Shown: positions 41,091 to 51,629, counted from the stretch's first letter. The stretch: DNA of 64,000 nucleotides from a candidate division FCPU426 bacterium (GCA_963796105.1 CAWCKJ010000003.1:96001-160000), one strand, 5' to 3'. Numbers and translations: made by a program. Notes: generated by a model from the letters alone, not told the origin.

Positions 41091-41786
41091 ATGACAAGCC
41101 CGCTGCAATCCTTGCCCGATTTACCATCGGAAAAACCGTCTGCAAAATGGCTGACCTGGGCCAAAAACCACCAGGAAATAGTCGCCGTCATCGGAATCCT
41201 GATTATCCTCCTGTGTGTGGGGATTCCCTATTACCTCCACAGCGTCGAGCAGGGAGAAAAAGACGCGATCTCTGCCTTGAATCTCGGCCAATACTATCTT
41301 CACTCACCCATTGATCCGAAAAACGGCCCATTCAAAACCAATCAGGAAAAGGACCAACAGGCCCTTCAGGCTTTCCAAAGAATCACGACGGATTATTCGG
41401 GGACAAGGGCCGCGAAGATTGCCCGGTTTTACGTGGCAAAGTGCCAATTCTTCCTTGGCCAATTCAATCTAGCTTACGCCAGTTTCGACTTGGCGGCTCA
41501 GGAACTCAAGGACTCCCCCTTGGGAGAGGAATCCTATCTCGGTAAGGTCCTTTGCCTGGAATCTCAGAATCAATGGACGCAGGCCATCACCCTTCTGGAA
41601 ACCCGCCTCAAGATCAAGCCCGACAGTTTTCTCGTTCCAGAGCTGCGGTTAAGCCTGGCCAGGTCCTACCTCAAGACCCAAAACAGGCAAAAAGCGGAAG
41701 AGATCCTCAGCCAAACAGCGGAGAACTTCAAGGACTCCGATTGGGGAAAAGAGGCCGCGAGGCAGTTGGAGGCCTTGAAATCTTGA
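41091..41786 (+). CDS. Membrane-anchored TPR protein (YfgM-like)
   Basis: Single N-terminal TM followed by TPR helices. Confidence 0.7.
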   Translation: MTSPLQSLPDLPSEKPSAKWLTWAKNHQEIVAVIGILIILLCVGIPYYLHSVEQGEKDAISALNLGQYYLHSPIDPKNGPFKTNQEKDQQALQAFQRITTDYSGTRAAKIARFYVAKCQFFLGQFNLAYASFDLAAQELKDSPLGEESYLGKVLCLESQNQWTQAITLLETRLKIKPDSFLVPELRLSLARSYLKTQNRQKAEEILSQTAENFKDSDWGKEAARQLEALKS

Positions 41787-41809
41787 CGGGGATTTCGAGA
41801 ATCGCTTCA

Positions 41810-42979
41810 TCACCCCTGGATGCTGGATAGAAAATGGATCAGCCTTTTGATTCCCTCCTCGAAAATTTCCTTTTCGGGCAAGAGGCTGATGACCAGGAAA
41901 AATCCAGATGAGAAATCGTAAAAACCCCCAGGCTGAACCAGGACTCTTTCCTTCTCCAGCAATTGAACGATGAAATCCTCTTCGCTGAGGGGACAATTTT
42001 TTAATTCCACCAGGGAGTACCATCCCCCTTCCGAAGGCCAAAGCGTAGATGTGGTTTCTTGGCCTTTTAGGCTACTCACCAAGTGGGATCGGTTTTTTAA
42101 AACACGGTCTAAAAGCTGTTTTTGAAACGAAGGGCCTATTTCCAATAGTTTTTTCAGCCCACATTGAACAGGCGTATTGACCGAAAGATATGTGTCCGCG
42201 ATGAGTTCAAGCCTGTTCCGGCATTCCCGCAATAGGTCCTCGGGCCCCTGGAGGGTGATCCAGGAGAGTTTCAGTTGAGGCAGACCCAAACTTTTCGATA
42301 GGCCGCCAAGCCTAAAGATGAGCGTATCGGAATTGTCGGGTTTGAAGGGCGGAGCCAGGGTGTAGCCATATTCGGAAAAAACCTCGTCCAGAAGAAGGGG
42401 AATTCGTCTTCTTTGGCATAAACCGGATAAGAATTGATAATCACCGGGCTTGAGAAAACTTCCGGTGGGATTATGCGGGTTCACGAATGTGACCAACCTG
42501 GTATTGGTTTGAACAGCCGCTTCCAAGGCCCCTCGATCTAGGGGCCAGCCTGATTTCGGAAGGAGGGGATAGGGAACCGCCAGTAGCCCATCCATACGGG
42601 TCAAGTGTTCCATCAAGGGATAACCGGGGTGTGGGATTAGGATATTATCGCCCGGGTCAGCCAGAAGTTTAAAAAGGTAGGAATAAGCCTCGCTGGTGCA
42701 GGAAGTTAAAAGGATATTTTCTGGCTTAGCTTTTTCTCCGCGTGCATTGAGGTAGGCCGCTAAATCCTCCCGGGCCCTTAAAAGACCGAAGGGATGGGGC
42801 TCATAAACCATCCCGGACGGATCCTGAAGAGCTTTCAAAATGTCGTTCGGAAAACTCAATCCGCATTGGGTGGGGTTGGATTGGGTCAAATCCAGGAAGC
42901 CCGTCAGGCTCATTTTTTCCGTATGAGCGGCGATTTTGTTTTTGGATAAATCCTCAGGCGTACGGTTTGAAAAAAACAT
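41810..42979 (-). CDS. PLP-dependent aminotransferase, class I/II
   Basis: NPHNPTG, DEVF, GLSKSLGLPQLKLSW (PLP Lys). Confidence 0.9.
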   Translation of the reverse strand: MFFSNRTPEDLSKNKIAAHTEKMSLTGFLDLTQSNPTQCGLSFPNDILKALQDPSGMVYEPHPFGLLRAREDLAAYLNARGEKAKPENILLTSCTSEAYSYLFKLLADPGDNILIPHPGYPLMEHLTRMDGLLAVPYPLLPKSGWPLDRGALEAAVQTNTRLVTFVNPHNPTGSFLKPGDYQFLSGLCQRRRIPLLLDEVFSEYGYTLAPPFKPDNSDTLIFRLGGLSKSLGLPQLKLSWITLQGPEDLLRECRNRLELIADTYLSVNTPVQCGLKKLLEIGPSFQKQLLDRVLKNRSHLVSSLKGQETTSTLWPSEGGWYSLVELKNCPLSEEDFIVQLLEKERVLVQPGGFYDFSSGFFLVISLLPEKEIFEEGIKRLIHFLSSIQG

Positions 42980-43126
42980 TCACCCACCCTGGAATTGTGG
43001 TTTAGGATGCTGGTTAAAGGTTCCTGAAAGCCGCTTCAAAAATGGATTGGGCACCGGGCATCGGCCCGCTTATGCATGAGTTTCCTGACAAAAAAAGATA
43101 TTTCGGTGTTGAATCGGAATTATTTC

Positions 43127-43753
43127 TTAACGAGCCTTTGGATATATGGAATAAGTGTAATTCAACTTGGCCTTGGCCAGGGTGATATTGTTGATGGCGT
43201 TAATCACGTCCTGCGCGATGAAATTTCCCTCTACCGGACATCGTTTTTCCTTGAGCGCGAAGAGTGTAATGGTGTAATGGTGCAGCCTCTCGTCATTCCA
43301 TGCCGGTCCGGGTCCGTCATAGCCGAAGTAATTTCCCTCCATGTTCGCATTGCCTTTGAACCAGTTCGTGTAATCGTTCAATCCCTGGCGCGTTCCCCGG
43401 GGCCCCCCGGGTCCCGGCTTGCCTTTAACCGTCACTTCCTTGCTGAATTCCCCCGATTGGATAGGTGAGCCCTTAATGGGGATATCTACCAAAACCCAAT
43501 GGAAAAAGTTGACGCGTGGAAAATCAAATGGGATGGTTTTATCGGTTTTATTCACAAATTCCTTACTTGCTGGGGCGTCAAGATCCTGGACGATTAAAAC
43601 CAGGGTTTTTGTCTCAGGGGGAAGATCTCCCCAGGCAAGGTGGGGGTTTCGGTTTTTCGACAAAGCGGCGTGCTGGGTGGAATGGGGCATCAAAAAAGTG
43701 AAATCCGGACGAATTTGGGAACCCTCGCTAAAACTATCGCTCCAAAGTTTCAT
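43127..43753 (-). CDS. YbhB/YbcL (PEBP) family protein
   Basis: NPHLAW, DLDAP, FFHWVLVDIP, GYDGPGP...HHY. Confidence 0.9.
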   Translation of the reverse strand: MKLWSDSFSEGSQIRPDFTFLMPHSTQHAALSKNRNPHLAWGDLPPETKTLVLIVQDLDAPASKEFVNKTDKTIPFDFPRVNFFHWVLVDIPIKGSPIQSGEFSKEVTVKGKPGPGGPRGTRQGLNDYTNWFKGNANMEGNYFGYDGPGPAWNDERLHHYTITLFALKEKRCPVEGNFIAQDVINAINNITLAKAKLNYTYSIYPKAR

Positions 43754-43928
43754 AAGTCCTCCAAGACTTTACTCGATAAAATTAACAAGCTTTTTATAAA
43801 TACAGCCTGAAAACAAAAGGCCGATGAAATGCGACGATGGATTTTAACATCAAAGGCCCTTCTTTCTCATAAATGAATTGAAGCGGAATTTGATTCTAAA
43901 GGCATTATTCGTGAAGGACTATCTAATA

Positions 43929-45572
43929 CCTGAATTTTGCGCCTAATAAAAAAACCATCTAGGAAACCATTATAGGATAAGGGTTGCGAAGCCAACTCAT
44001 CCTAAAAGAGGGTCCCCCAGATGGTGAAACGTCAAGATACGCCTCAGAAATCAAACCCGCAAGTCCAGAAAAAAGCCAATCGAAACGGGAGAATCGCGCC
44101 CAAGATTACGGCCAATACTCCCGTAGGTATTTGCGAAGACCGCCTAACAGCTTTTGGCGGATTGTTGGCATTGGCGAAGATGTTCGACCTTCTTGATTTT
44201 GAGCGGGAATTCAAAAAACACTATGCCGCACCTAAACGCCTTCCGAATTTGGGCCACTACCGGATGGTAAGCGGCATCCTAATGCTTCTTTTCATCGGGT
44301 TCCAAAGACTTGGCCATTTTGCCTACCTGCGGGGTGAGGTCATGCTGTGCGGTTTACTGCGGGTTCCCTTGTTGCCGGTAGTGACAACTTTTTGGAGATA
44401 CCTGAGGTCGCTGGGGATCGGGCAGTCGGCATCGTTGCTGAATCTGAGTGGGGCGTTACGGGCCAAGGTTTGGGGACAGGTGAAATATGCCCCCAAGAAG
44501 GTGGAGATCAACATCGATACCACCACCGCAACGGTCTACGGAAATATCGAGGGAAGCCGAAAAGGATACAACCCCAAGCACCGGGGCAAGAAGGGACTGA
44601 GGCCCATTCTGTGTTTTCTCCAGGAAACCCGGGAATATTTGTGCGGAACCCAAAGACGCGGAACCACCCTTAGTTCTGAGGAAGTGGCCCGCCAAATTAG
44701 ACAATTCCGGCGACTCTTGCCGTCCTGTGTCCGGACGATTCTGGTGCGCGGTGACGGTGAAATGATCGGCTGGGAAAGCGTGAAAGCCTGTGAAAAAGAA
44801 GGGTTTTCTTTCATCTTCGGGAACAAGCGGCATGACCCGCCTTTCACGAAAAAGGGTTGGTACCGCCATGGAGAACACGAATACAACGAATGTGTCCATC
44901 AACCCATAGGCTGGCAACAACCAGTCCGGTTTGTGGCGATGAGGACGCTGGATGAAAAAGCGCGGGAGAAACAATTGAGCCTTCCTGAAATGGAAGGATA
45001 TGTCTACCGAATCTTCGCGACCAACTGTCTGGGAGCACCCCATCGGGTGGTTGAGGAATACGACCTGCGCGCGGATGTGGAAAACCTGATTGGTGAGGCG
45101 CAACGGGAGGGGTTATTAGCAATTCCCTCTAAGAGTTTCCAAAGCCACCATGCTTTTTTCCAGATCGTGATGCTGGCTTACAACCTCTGGAGGTGGATGA
45201 AACTAATGGTGGGCCATTGTGGAAAAGAAAAGCGACCGGGAAAGAAGCCACAGGAGAAGGAACAGATCACCATGCCGGACCATACCCTTCGGATCGCACG
45301 TTTGAAGATGCTCTTTGTAGCCGCCCGAATCCAGTATCACGGCCATCGGGATGTGGTGAGGTATTCAATCCATGATGATAGGACAGCGGGCCTATTGGGT
45401 TTCCTCAAATACCTTGATCGAAAACGATTGGAAAGACCCAGGGCGGCCTAGAAGTGGCTTGGTGCAAAAAATTCTTTGCACATAAGTTCACTTCTGATGA
45501 AAATGGCCACTGTCGGGTCCCGATTCAGGCCGATCTGGCCACGGAATCGGTAAACTCGGTGCAAAATTCAGG
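43929..45572 (+). mobile_element. IS1380-family insertion sequence, 1644 bp, apparently intact
   Basis: IRL CCTGAATTTTGCGCC (43929-43943) and IRR GGTGCAAAATTCAGG (45558-45572) match at 14/15; flanking TAATA duplication at 43924-43928 and 45573-45577. Confidence 0.92.
44021..45451 (+). CDS. IS1380-family DDE transposase
   Basis: LTAFGGL, IDTT...YG..EG...GYNP, VRGD, Y..RADVENLIGE, LAYNL. Confidence 0.9.
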   Translation: MVKRQDTPQKSNPQVQKKANRNGRIAPKITANTPVGICEDRLTAFGGLLALAKMFDLLDFEREFKKHYAAPKRLPNLGHYRMVSGILMLLFIGFQRLGHFAYLRGEVMLCGLLRVPLLPVVTTFWRYLRSLGIGQSASLLNLSGALRAKVWGQVKYAPKKVEINIDTTTATVYGNIEGSRKGYNPKHRGKKGLRPILCFLQETREYLCGTQRRGTTLSSEEVARQIRQFRRLLPSCVRTILVRGDGEMIGWESVKACEKEGFSFIFGNKRHDPPFTKKGWYRHGEHEYNECVHQPIGWQQPVRFVAMRTLDEKAREKQLSLPEMEGYVYRIFATNCLGAPHRVVEEYDLRADVENLIGEAQREGLLAIPSKSFQSHHAFFQIVMLAYNLWRWMKLMVGHCGKEKRPGKKPQEKEQITMPDHTLRIARLKMLFVAARIQYHGHRDVVRYSIHDDRTAGLLGFLKYLDRKRLERPRAA

Positions 45573-45790
45573 TAATATAAAGGGAAAAAAGCTAGAGGCG
45601 GCTAAACCTCCAGAAGGGATTCAAAGTCAATTCGGCTTTTGGATAAGATGCGAGGGATTGATTATACTTTCACCATGGGGTGGGTAGGTCATCCCGTTGT
45701 TTGCCATTGACCCGAACTTTATTTGAATCCGGCGGTACGGCTTGTCCCACTCCGGCCTCGAATCGGAGATACTTTGAAAAGAAGGCTTTA

Positions 45791-47701
45791 ATGCTTCGTG
45801 TAAAACTACTGCTGACTATTTTTACACTTATTGCCCTTGCCGCGTTAGGATTCGGCGCCATCCATGCCGAGGAAAATGGATCTCAAAAAAAATCCTACGC
45901 GAAGTCAGCGCCGGGCCATCCGAATTTCGCACCTGGGTTGGTGGTTTTGGAACTGAACAAGGGAGCGGATTTGATGGCGGCTCAACATGAAGTGGAATCC
46001 CTTGGCTACAAGGTCAAGCGCGCCTCCAAATGGAGCGGGACCCTGGTGGTTCAGGTTCAAGCCGGAGAGGAACTTCAATTTGTTGATTATTTCAAGAATC
46101 ATTTCCTTTTTAGGAGGGTCTTGCCGGACTATCTCGGCGTTCCGGATGTGACAAATTACGTACCGTTCTCCTACCCGAATGATCCCGCCTATTCGGCGAA
46201 TGCCAGCAGTTCTTCAGGTCAAAACGATTGGTATTTGAACCAAGTGGGAATAGACGAAGCATGGAACGATCCTGATCCCTGGATGTCCAATGCGTCCAAG
46301 GGTCGATCTAGCGCCGTCATTGCCATTGTTGATACCGGTATCAATCTCGTCCATGAGGATGTAACTTCTCATTTATGGAGGGATCCCGGTAGCGGGAATC
46401 TCGGCCACAACTTTGTTGATGCATCAACGAGCATTTCAGATGTGTCTGGGCACGGCACTTATGTCACGGGAGTGGCTTCTGCTAATACCGACAATGCCCT
46501 AGGAGGGGCCGGCTTTTGCGTCAACTGCACGGTGATGGTTTTAAGGGCCAGCTCGGACGAGACCGCAAGCGATTCAGTGCCGTTTGCCGACGCCATCAAT
46601 TACGCTGTGCAAAACAAAGTCATGGCCATTAATCTGAGCTGGTCTTTTCCGCCCGGCACATTTCAAACCTACTGCGCCGACGCTTGGAAGGCGGGAAGCC
46701 TTGTGGTGTCCAGCATGGGAAATTCGGGCGACAACACCCAATACAGTCCCGCTGGGGACACGAACGCGTTGGGGATCGGCGCTACCGAGCCCGCCGGGAA
46801 CCTGTCTCCCTATTCTTCATTTGGGGCCTGGGTCGGAATGTGCGCGCCGGTAGGCCAAATCGCCAATGGGGACGGGGTGTTTACGGATGGGGTCACCTGC
46901 GGTTCAAACCCATGCGGGGATCCTTGCACAAGTTGTTATGTGGTCGCGGACGGAACGAGTTTTGCCGCTGCGCAAGTCAGCGCCATGGTCGCCATCCTGG
47001 CGGATTTGGGTCTGTCCAACGACGACATCGTTAACCGCCTCTATAAGACAGCTGAACATCTGGGCGCTTCCTATCCCAATACCCTGACCGGCTGGGGAAA
47101 TTTGAACGCCTACCGCTGCTTGGCTTCTTGCAGGCCGCCATCGTCCCTGACCGCTGTGGTTTCCTCAACCGGGGTGAGTCTTGCGTGGAATCCCCCCAGG
47201 ACCATCGCTTTCGCGACCAGCGAATATATTATTCTGCGTTCAACTGTCCCGGGAGGGCCTTACATTCAAGTGGGTCAAACGTCCAATGGGAACACCACTT
47301 CCTTCATCGACCTGAGCGCGATGACAGGGAAGAGTTATTATTACGTTGTCAAAGCCGTGGATAGCCAGCAATTGCAGACTCTTCCCTCGAATGATGTGTT
47401 ACTCATCGACGACGGGCCGTCTTATCCATTCTGCCCGGTTCTTTTTCCCAACCCACTCAAAGAAGCCTCTCCCTCGTGGATTTATCTGTCGGGCAAGAGT
47501 TCTGGGTCCATTCAGGTTCAAATATACACAACTGCATTTCGAAAAGTGAACGAGGTTTCTCTTTCAATCGGGGAGTCGGGTAACTACGGGCCATTAGAGC
47601 CGAAGGATTGGTGGAACAAACCATTGGCTAATGGTCTTTATTATCTGCTTATTACAGGAGAGGGAAAACATTCGCTCCGGAAATGGCTTATCATTAAATA
47701 A
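45791..47701 (+). CDS. Secreted S8 subtilase with FN3 domain and T9SS-type-A-like C-terminal domain
   Basis: Signal peptide from ATG 45791; triad IVDTG / GHGT / GTSFA; FN3 (LAWNPP...YYYVVKAVD); CTD FPNP...YTTAFRKV...LANGLYY...RKWLIIK. Confidence 0.88.
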   Translation: MLRVKLLLTIFTLIALAALGFGAIHAEENGSQKKSYAKSAPGHPNFAPGLVVLELNKGADLMAAQHEVESLGYKVKRASKWSGTLVVQVQAGEELQFVDYFKNHFLFRRVLPDYLGVPDVTNYVPFSYPNDPAYSANASSSSGQNDWYLNQVGIDEAWNDPDPWMSNASKGRSSAVIAIVDTGINLVHEDVTSHLWRDPGSGNLGHNFVDASTSISDVSGHGTYVTGVASANTDNALGGAGFCVNCTVMVLRASSDETASDSVPFADAINYAVQNKVMAINLSWSFPPGTFQTYCADAWKAGSLVVSSMGNSGDNTQYSPAGDTNALGIGATEPAGNLSPYSSFGAWVGMCAPVGQIANGDGVFTDGVTCGSNPCGDPCTSCYVVADGTSFAAAQVSAMVAILADLGLSNDDIVNRLYKTAEHLGASYPNTLTGWGNLNAYRCLASCRPPSSLTAVVSSTGVSLAWNPPRTIAFATSEYIILRSTVPGGPYIQVGQTSNGNTTSFIDLSAMTGKSYYYVVKAVDSQQLQTLPSNDVLLIDDGPSYPFCPVLFPNPLKEASPSWIYLSGKSSGSIQVQIYTTAFRKVNEVSLSIGESGNYGPLEPKDWWNKPLANGLYYLLITGEGKHSLRKWLIIK

Positions 47702-47876
47702 AGACGTTTAAAGCTGTTTGCATTGAGATTCTCAAAGGAAAGTTTTAGAAAGGGAATAGAGAGGGAAATGGAGAGATTGGAAAAAAGCTTAAGCATTTGA
47801 CACAAGTCGTTGAAACTCACCTGGAATTATCAAGGAATGAGAGAGAAAAAAACAAACTAGAAAGGAAAAAAACGAT

Positions 47877-48101
47877 TTAAATTCCTTCGAAAAGTTTGTT
47901 AATCGGGCAACCCAAGGCTTTGTGGATCTTGACAACGTTCTTGAGCGTAATGCTTCTTTCGCCGCGCTCCACAAAACCAATAAAGTTCGCCGCCAAACCA
48001 GCCTTGTCGCCCAAATTTTCCTGGGACCAACCATGCATTTTACGGTTTTTGCGGACGTTCTCCCCGAATTTAAGAATGATTTGCTTATCTGTTTTCTTCA
48101 T
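47877..48101 (-). CDS. XRE/Cro-C1 family HTH regulator
   Basis: FGENVRKNR...SQENLGDKAGL...IGFVERGERSITL. Confidence 0.88.
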   Translation of the reverse strand: MKKTDKQIILKFGENVRKNRKMHGWSQENLGDKAGLAANFIGFVERGERSITLKNVVKIHKALGCPINKLFEGI

Positions 48102-48411
48102 GTGTAAATGCTAAGACTTCCCACCGAGTGATATCAACTACCTAGAAGTATTATTTAAAAATTAAACCCGCGAATTTTTACCTTATCTGAGTAATTTAAA
48201 AACCCATAGTCCGATGAATACTAGTTTCATAAACAAGTCGCTTTTTGTAACCTGTTAAACTAGATTCATTAAGAATATGAAAAAAACATTTTGGCTTCAT
48301 TTGATTTTTTACCTTCCTAAAATCATTTTCCGGAGTTTTCCGCGCCTAGAGGTCTACTGGATTTTAGACCTCATCCTGTAGTGTTTTAAATCGTTGAAAT
48401 AAGATGTTGCT

Positions 48412-48429
48412 TGATAGGTTGACCTATCA
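48412..48429. promoter_or_regulatory. Palindrome with perfect 8-bp arms, candidate operator
   Basis: TGATAGGT-TG-ACCTATCA between the divergent XRE and Zn-ribbon genes. Confidence 0.5.
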
Positions 48430-48492
48430 GGTGCAAGATACCTTTACCTGCCATTTCCTTTAACGGACTGGCATGTGAAGGAGTAAAGCCAT

Positions 48493-48765
48493 ATGAAATC
48501 CGTTAGATATCCAGAAACTATTTTCTGCGAGGAGTGCAACGGGCATACTCGAATGGTGGACTGTCGGGTTTTGAGCCGGAAATCCAAGGGAAAAACACAA
48601 GTCGAATTTGATTGTGTTTGCGTGGATTGCGGCCACCGTGAATCAGTCGCTAGGGACGCTGAGTATCTCCATTTCAGCGAAAGGGAATTTTGCGCCGCCA
48701 AGGGCCTGCCTGATTTCAAGAACAGGGCCAAGGGTGCTGGAGTTGTTTTTATCCTTCATAAATAA
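48493..48765 (+). CDS. Small Cys-rich (zinc-ribbon-like) hypothetical protein
   Basis: AAGGAG RBS; CEEC...CVCVDCGH motifs. Confidence 0.6.
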   Translation: MKSVRYPETIFCEECNGHTRMVDCRVLSRKSKGKTQVEFDCVCVDCGHRESVARDAEYLHFSEREFCAAKGLPDFKNRAKGAGVVFILHK

Positions 48766-48929
48766 TATTTTCTGCGTCACCTGAGAAAGACCCCTGCCTT
48801 CTTGTGAACACGTATCAAGAATCCCGGATGTAGAAACTTGTTCGCTATCACGCTCCCGATGGACAGTGGGACATGGGGAGGAGGGCAAACGAAGGCGCAC
48901 TCCTCGGTGGAAGTCCTTGGGATAGTGCC

Positions 48930-49670
48930 ATGAATTCCTACGGAGAAGCTTTTTCGGCGTTTTATGACGACCAATTCGGGAATTACTCTGAAAAGGCCGC
49001 GCCGATTCTTCTGCGTTTTTTCTCAAACCTGATACTCTCTAAAACAATTCCCGAGATCTTGGACCTGGGCTGTGGAACCGGACGGATCGCTTTTCATTTC
49101 CTGGAGGCGGGTTATTCCTTCACGGGCCTTGATCTCTCCTCGGATATGCTTGACCTTGCGCGCGCGCGTTGCTCGCACTTGTTGGCGGGCCGGAACGCGA
49201 CATTCCTTCAACAAGACATTTCGGGATTCTATCTAACAGACAGTTTCGGGTTAGTCCTTTCTACTTATAACGCCGTCAACCATTTGGAGGGTGCGAGGAA
49301 TCTTCAGGAGTGTTTCCAATCAGTTAGACCATGCCTGGTTAAAGGTGGTTGGTTTATTTTTGATTATCACACGATAAAAGGGCTCGAGCAATGGAGCGTT
49401 TCTGAAACCTCCCATTTTGACAAAGGAGAGTTGAAAACATCAGGAATCTTCTACGCAGAAAAAGGGTTGGCGCTTTTGAACCTCAAGGGTTCCTACGGAG
49501 GTTCGAGCATTGATGAAACTTTCCAAAACTTTTCGATTCCCTTAATAGAGCTGAATGATCTTCTGAAAAGTGGGGGCTTTAACAGGATAGTTTATTCCAA
49601 GATGGATGACCTGGGCGCAGTTGTCGAGGAACCAGTCTGCGAAAACCGAATCGTAGTAATGGCCTCCTAG
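48930..49670 (+). CDS. Class I SAM-dependent methyltransferase
   Basis: ILDLGCGTG, GLDLSSDML, QDI, NAVNHL, GGWFIFD; start moved to ATG 48930. Confidence 0.9.
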   Translation: MNSYGEAFSAFYDDQFGNYSEKAAPILLRFFSNLILSKTIPEILDLGCGTGRIAFHFLEAGYSFTGLDLSSDMLDLARARCSHLLAGRNATFLQQDISGFYLTDSFGLVLSTYNAVNHLEGARNLQECFQSVRPCLVKGGWFIFDYHTIKGLEQWSVSETSHFDKGELKTSGIFYAEKGLALLNLKGSYGGSSIDETFQNFSIPLIELNDLLKSGGFNRIVYSKMDDLGAVVEEPVCENRIVVMAS

Positions 49671-49755
49671 AATCGGAAATATTCCGGGAGTTAAATGAAT
49701 TTTTCTCATTATTTTTCGATTAAAATAACATCTTCTCCATTTAGTCGGAAAGGAA

Positions 49756-50697
49756 ATGATTATTTATCTGGGAAGCCAAAAAATGTCGAAACCCCTCTCG
49801 GGATTCGGCGGTTATATTCAACTCTTGACCCGCGCTGTTGGTTTGGCCTTAAGGCATTCTGCCGGCCGGCCCCGGGCCTATAAGAGGCTGATCGCGAGCT
49901 CGCTCGCGTTCAAATCGGTGCTCGCCCTAGTGCCAGTTCTCGCCATCCTCATGGCGGTTCTCGCGGGAGAGGCCTTCACCGAAAAACGAGAGGCTATCCT
50001 CGACCGGATCGTGGATGTGATTTATCCCGTCGATAACCTCGATAACGACAAGACCTTGGACCCGTCGGAAAAGCAAAACCTAAGGGAAATGAACCAGGTG
50101 GGGAAGAGGCAGATTCGACGCTCTATCAAGAAATTTGCTGAACATTCGAAAAAGGTCGGCTGGACCGGTTTGTTGGCTTTCGCGGTGGTGGTGTTTCTTT
50201 TGCTGCGAGACGTTGAAACGTCCTTTAATTTTCTTTGGGGGGTGAGCCGTGGAAGACCTCTTCCTTCTCAGTTCGTAAGGCATACCCTATTGTTTCTGGT
50301 TGGTCCGTTGATGCTGATCTCCGTCATGACAATGAAAGATTGGTTCCATGGCTGGGGGATCGTCAAGCCCTTCTGGAATGGGTGGTTCCTTTCTGTCGGA
50401 GTGCCATTCGTCTTTCTCTGGGCAGGATGCGCGGCCATGTACGCCTGGATTCCCAACGCCAAGGTCGGCCGAAAAGCGGCATTGTCCGCGGGGTTCCTAG
50501 CGGCTTTTCTCCTGGAGGTCGGACGGCGGGGGATGAACTATTACACGGTTCATGTGATGGATCATTCGAAGGCCTACGGGGCCCTTTGGACTTTTCCGGT
50601 CATTCTCCTATGGCTTTATGTTTCCTGGACACTGATTCTCTTCGGCGCCGAGGTGTCGTTTTACCTCCAAAATCCACCCTCGCCTGGGAATCATTAA
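49756..50697 (+). CDS. YihY/BrkB-family membrane protein
   Basis: ASSLAF...LVP, ETSFNFLW, IPNAKV, YGAL..FP..LLWLYVSW...LFGAE. Confidence 0.88.
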   Translation: MIIYLGSQKMSKPLSGFGGYIQLLTRAVGLALRHSAGRPRAYKRLIASSLAFKSVLALVPVLAILMAVLAGEAFTEKREAILDRIVDVIYPVDNLDNDKTLDPSEKQNLREMNQVGKRQIRRSIKKFAEHSKKVGWTGLLAFAVVVFLLLRDVETSFNFLWGVSRGRPLPSQFVRHTLLFLVGPLMLISVMTMKDWFHGWGIVKPFWNGWFLSVGVPFVFLWAGCAAMYAWIPNAKVGRKAALSAGFLAAFLLEVGRRGMNYYTVHVMDHSKAYGALWTFPVILLWLYVSWTLILFGAEVSFYLQNPPSPGNH

Positions 50698-50729
50698 ATT
50701 GCAGGGTATCTATATTTCGGGGTAACCAT

Positions 50730-51629
50730 TTGCGGAAAATCACAATTTTTATCTTTTTTGCGGTGCTTTATGTACTTCAGTCTGCTGGGGCCGCCCAGGA
50801 GGAGGTACGATACCTTGTTTCATGCTCACTGAATGTATCAGCCGACAGTGTCTTAAATATTTACCTGAACAACCATCTTGTGGACCGGGTTTCCCATATG
50901 AGTGTTTTAACCGGACCTCAAACCATCATCAGCCGTCCCTCCAGCCTCTGCTTTTTCCAGCATGAGAATATCCTGGCGTTTGAACTGGCGGGCCCGGCTT
51001 TCCGACCGGCTCTGGCATATGAAACCTATGGGTTCGCCTATTCGATGGATTTGGTATTCTCTGACGGCAGCCGCAGGGTTCTCACCAGCAGTGAAAGGAA
51101 CCAGCATTTAAGTCTGTATCTCCAGGACAAATTGATAGGAAATCCCCGCGACTGGGAAACCCTTGAATTCAACGAATCTGGATGGCAGATTCCCTATACA
51201 TCCGCTTCCATTCCGGGGCTGCCTGAAGTATGGAACCAGCAATCTGGCATTCCTGCAGGTTATCTTTCGGCATCCAAGAAAGTTCCCTTGGGAGAGGGCG
51301 GTGGTGACCGCCAACTTTTTCGCAGGAAATTCCTGCTGGAAATGGCCCCGGCGCCGCAATGCGGGGAATCCAAAACCGCCGCTAATCTTTTTATTTCTTT
51401 CGAGGAAGGGCCTGGAATTTACAAGGTTGAGATCCTGGACATGGAGGGCAGGCACATCAAGACGCCTTTTCAAAAGAAAGTGGTCAGAAAAACAAACGCT
51501 TGGGTTCCCTGGGATGGAAAAAACGAGAAGGGGGAACCGGCTTCCTCTGGAACCTACCAAGCCGTTTACACCAAGGACGGATCCCCCTTGAGAACCACCG
51601 ATTTTACCATCGACATGACGAATCCCTGA
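50730..51629 (+). CDS. Secreted protein with putative jelly-roll/lectin-like domain and FlgD-Ig-like C-terminal domain
   Basis: TTG start gives signal peptide (LRKITIFIFFAVLYVLQSAGA); SADxxxxIYLN...ENILAF...DW...FNESGW; VEILDMEGRHIK...WDGKNEKGEPASSGTY. Confidence 0.6.
   Translation: MRKITIFIFFAVLYVLQSAGAAQEEVRYLVSCSLNVSADSVLNIYLNNHLVDRVSHMSVLTGPQTIISRPSSLCFFQHENILAFELAGPAFRPALAYETYGFAYSMDLVFSDGSRRVLTSSERNQHLSLYLQDKLIGNPRDWETLEFNESGWQIPYTSASIPGLPEVWNQQSGIPAGYLSASKKVPLGEGGGDRQLFRRKFLLEMAPAPQCGESKTAANLFISFEEGPGIYKVEILDMEGRHIKTPFQKKVVRKTNAWVPWDGKNEKGEPASSGTYQAVYTKDGSPLRTTDFTIDMTNP

Noticed and set aside
43870..45687. Gene interrupted by the IS
   Set aside because: The rejoined empty site gives only a ~50-codon frame preceded by TGA with no convincing start or RBS; the insertion looks intergenic.
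47877..49670. Restriction-modification system (C-protein plus methyltransferase)
   Set aside because: The methyltransferase lacks DPPY/NPPY/PC motifs and looks like a small-molecule enzyme; no nuclease gene; no convincing C-boxes.
50235..50729. N-terminal 165 aa of the 464-aa ORF
   Set aside because: Overlaps the YihY gene in another frame; a signal peptide begins at TTG 50730. Similar over-extensions were trimmed at 23462, 34066, 45680, 48873 and 59341.
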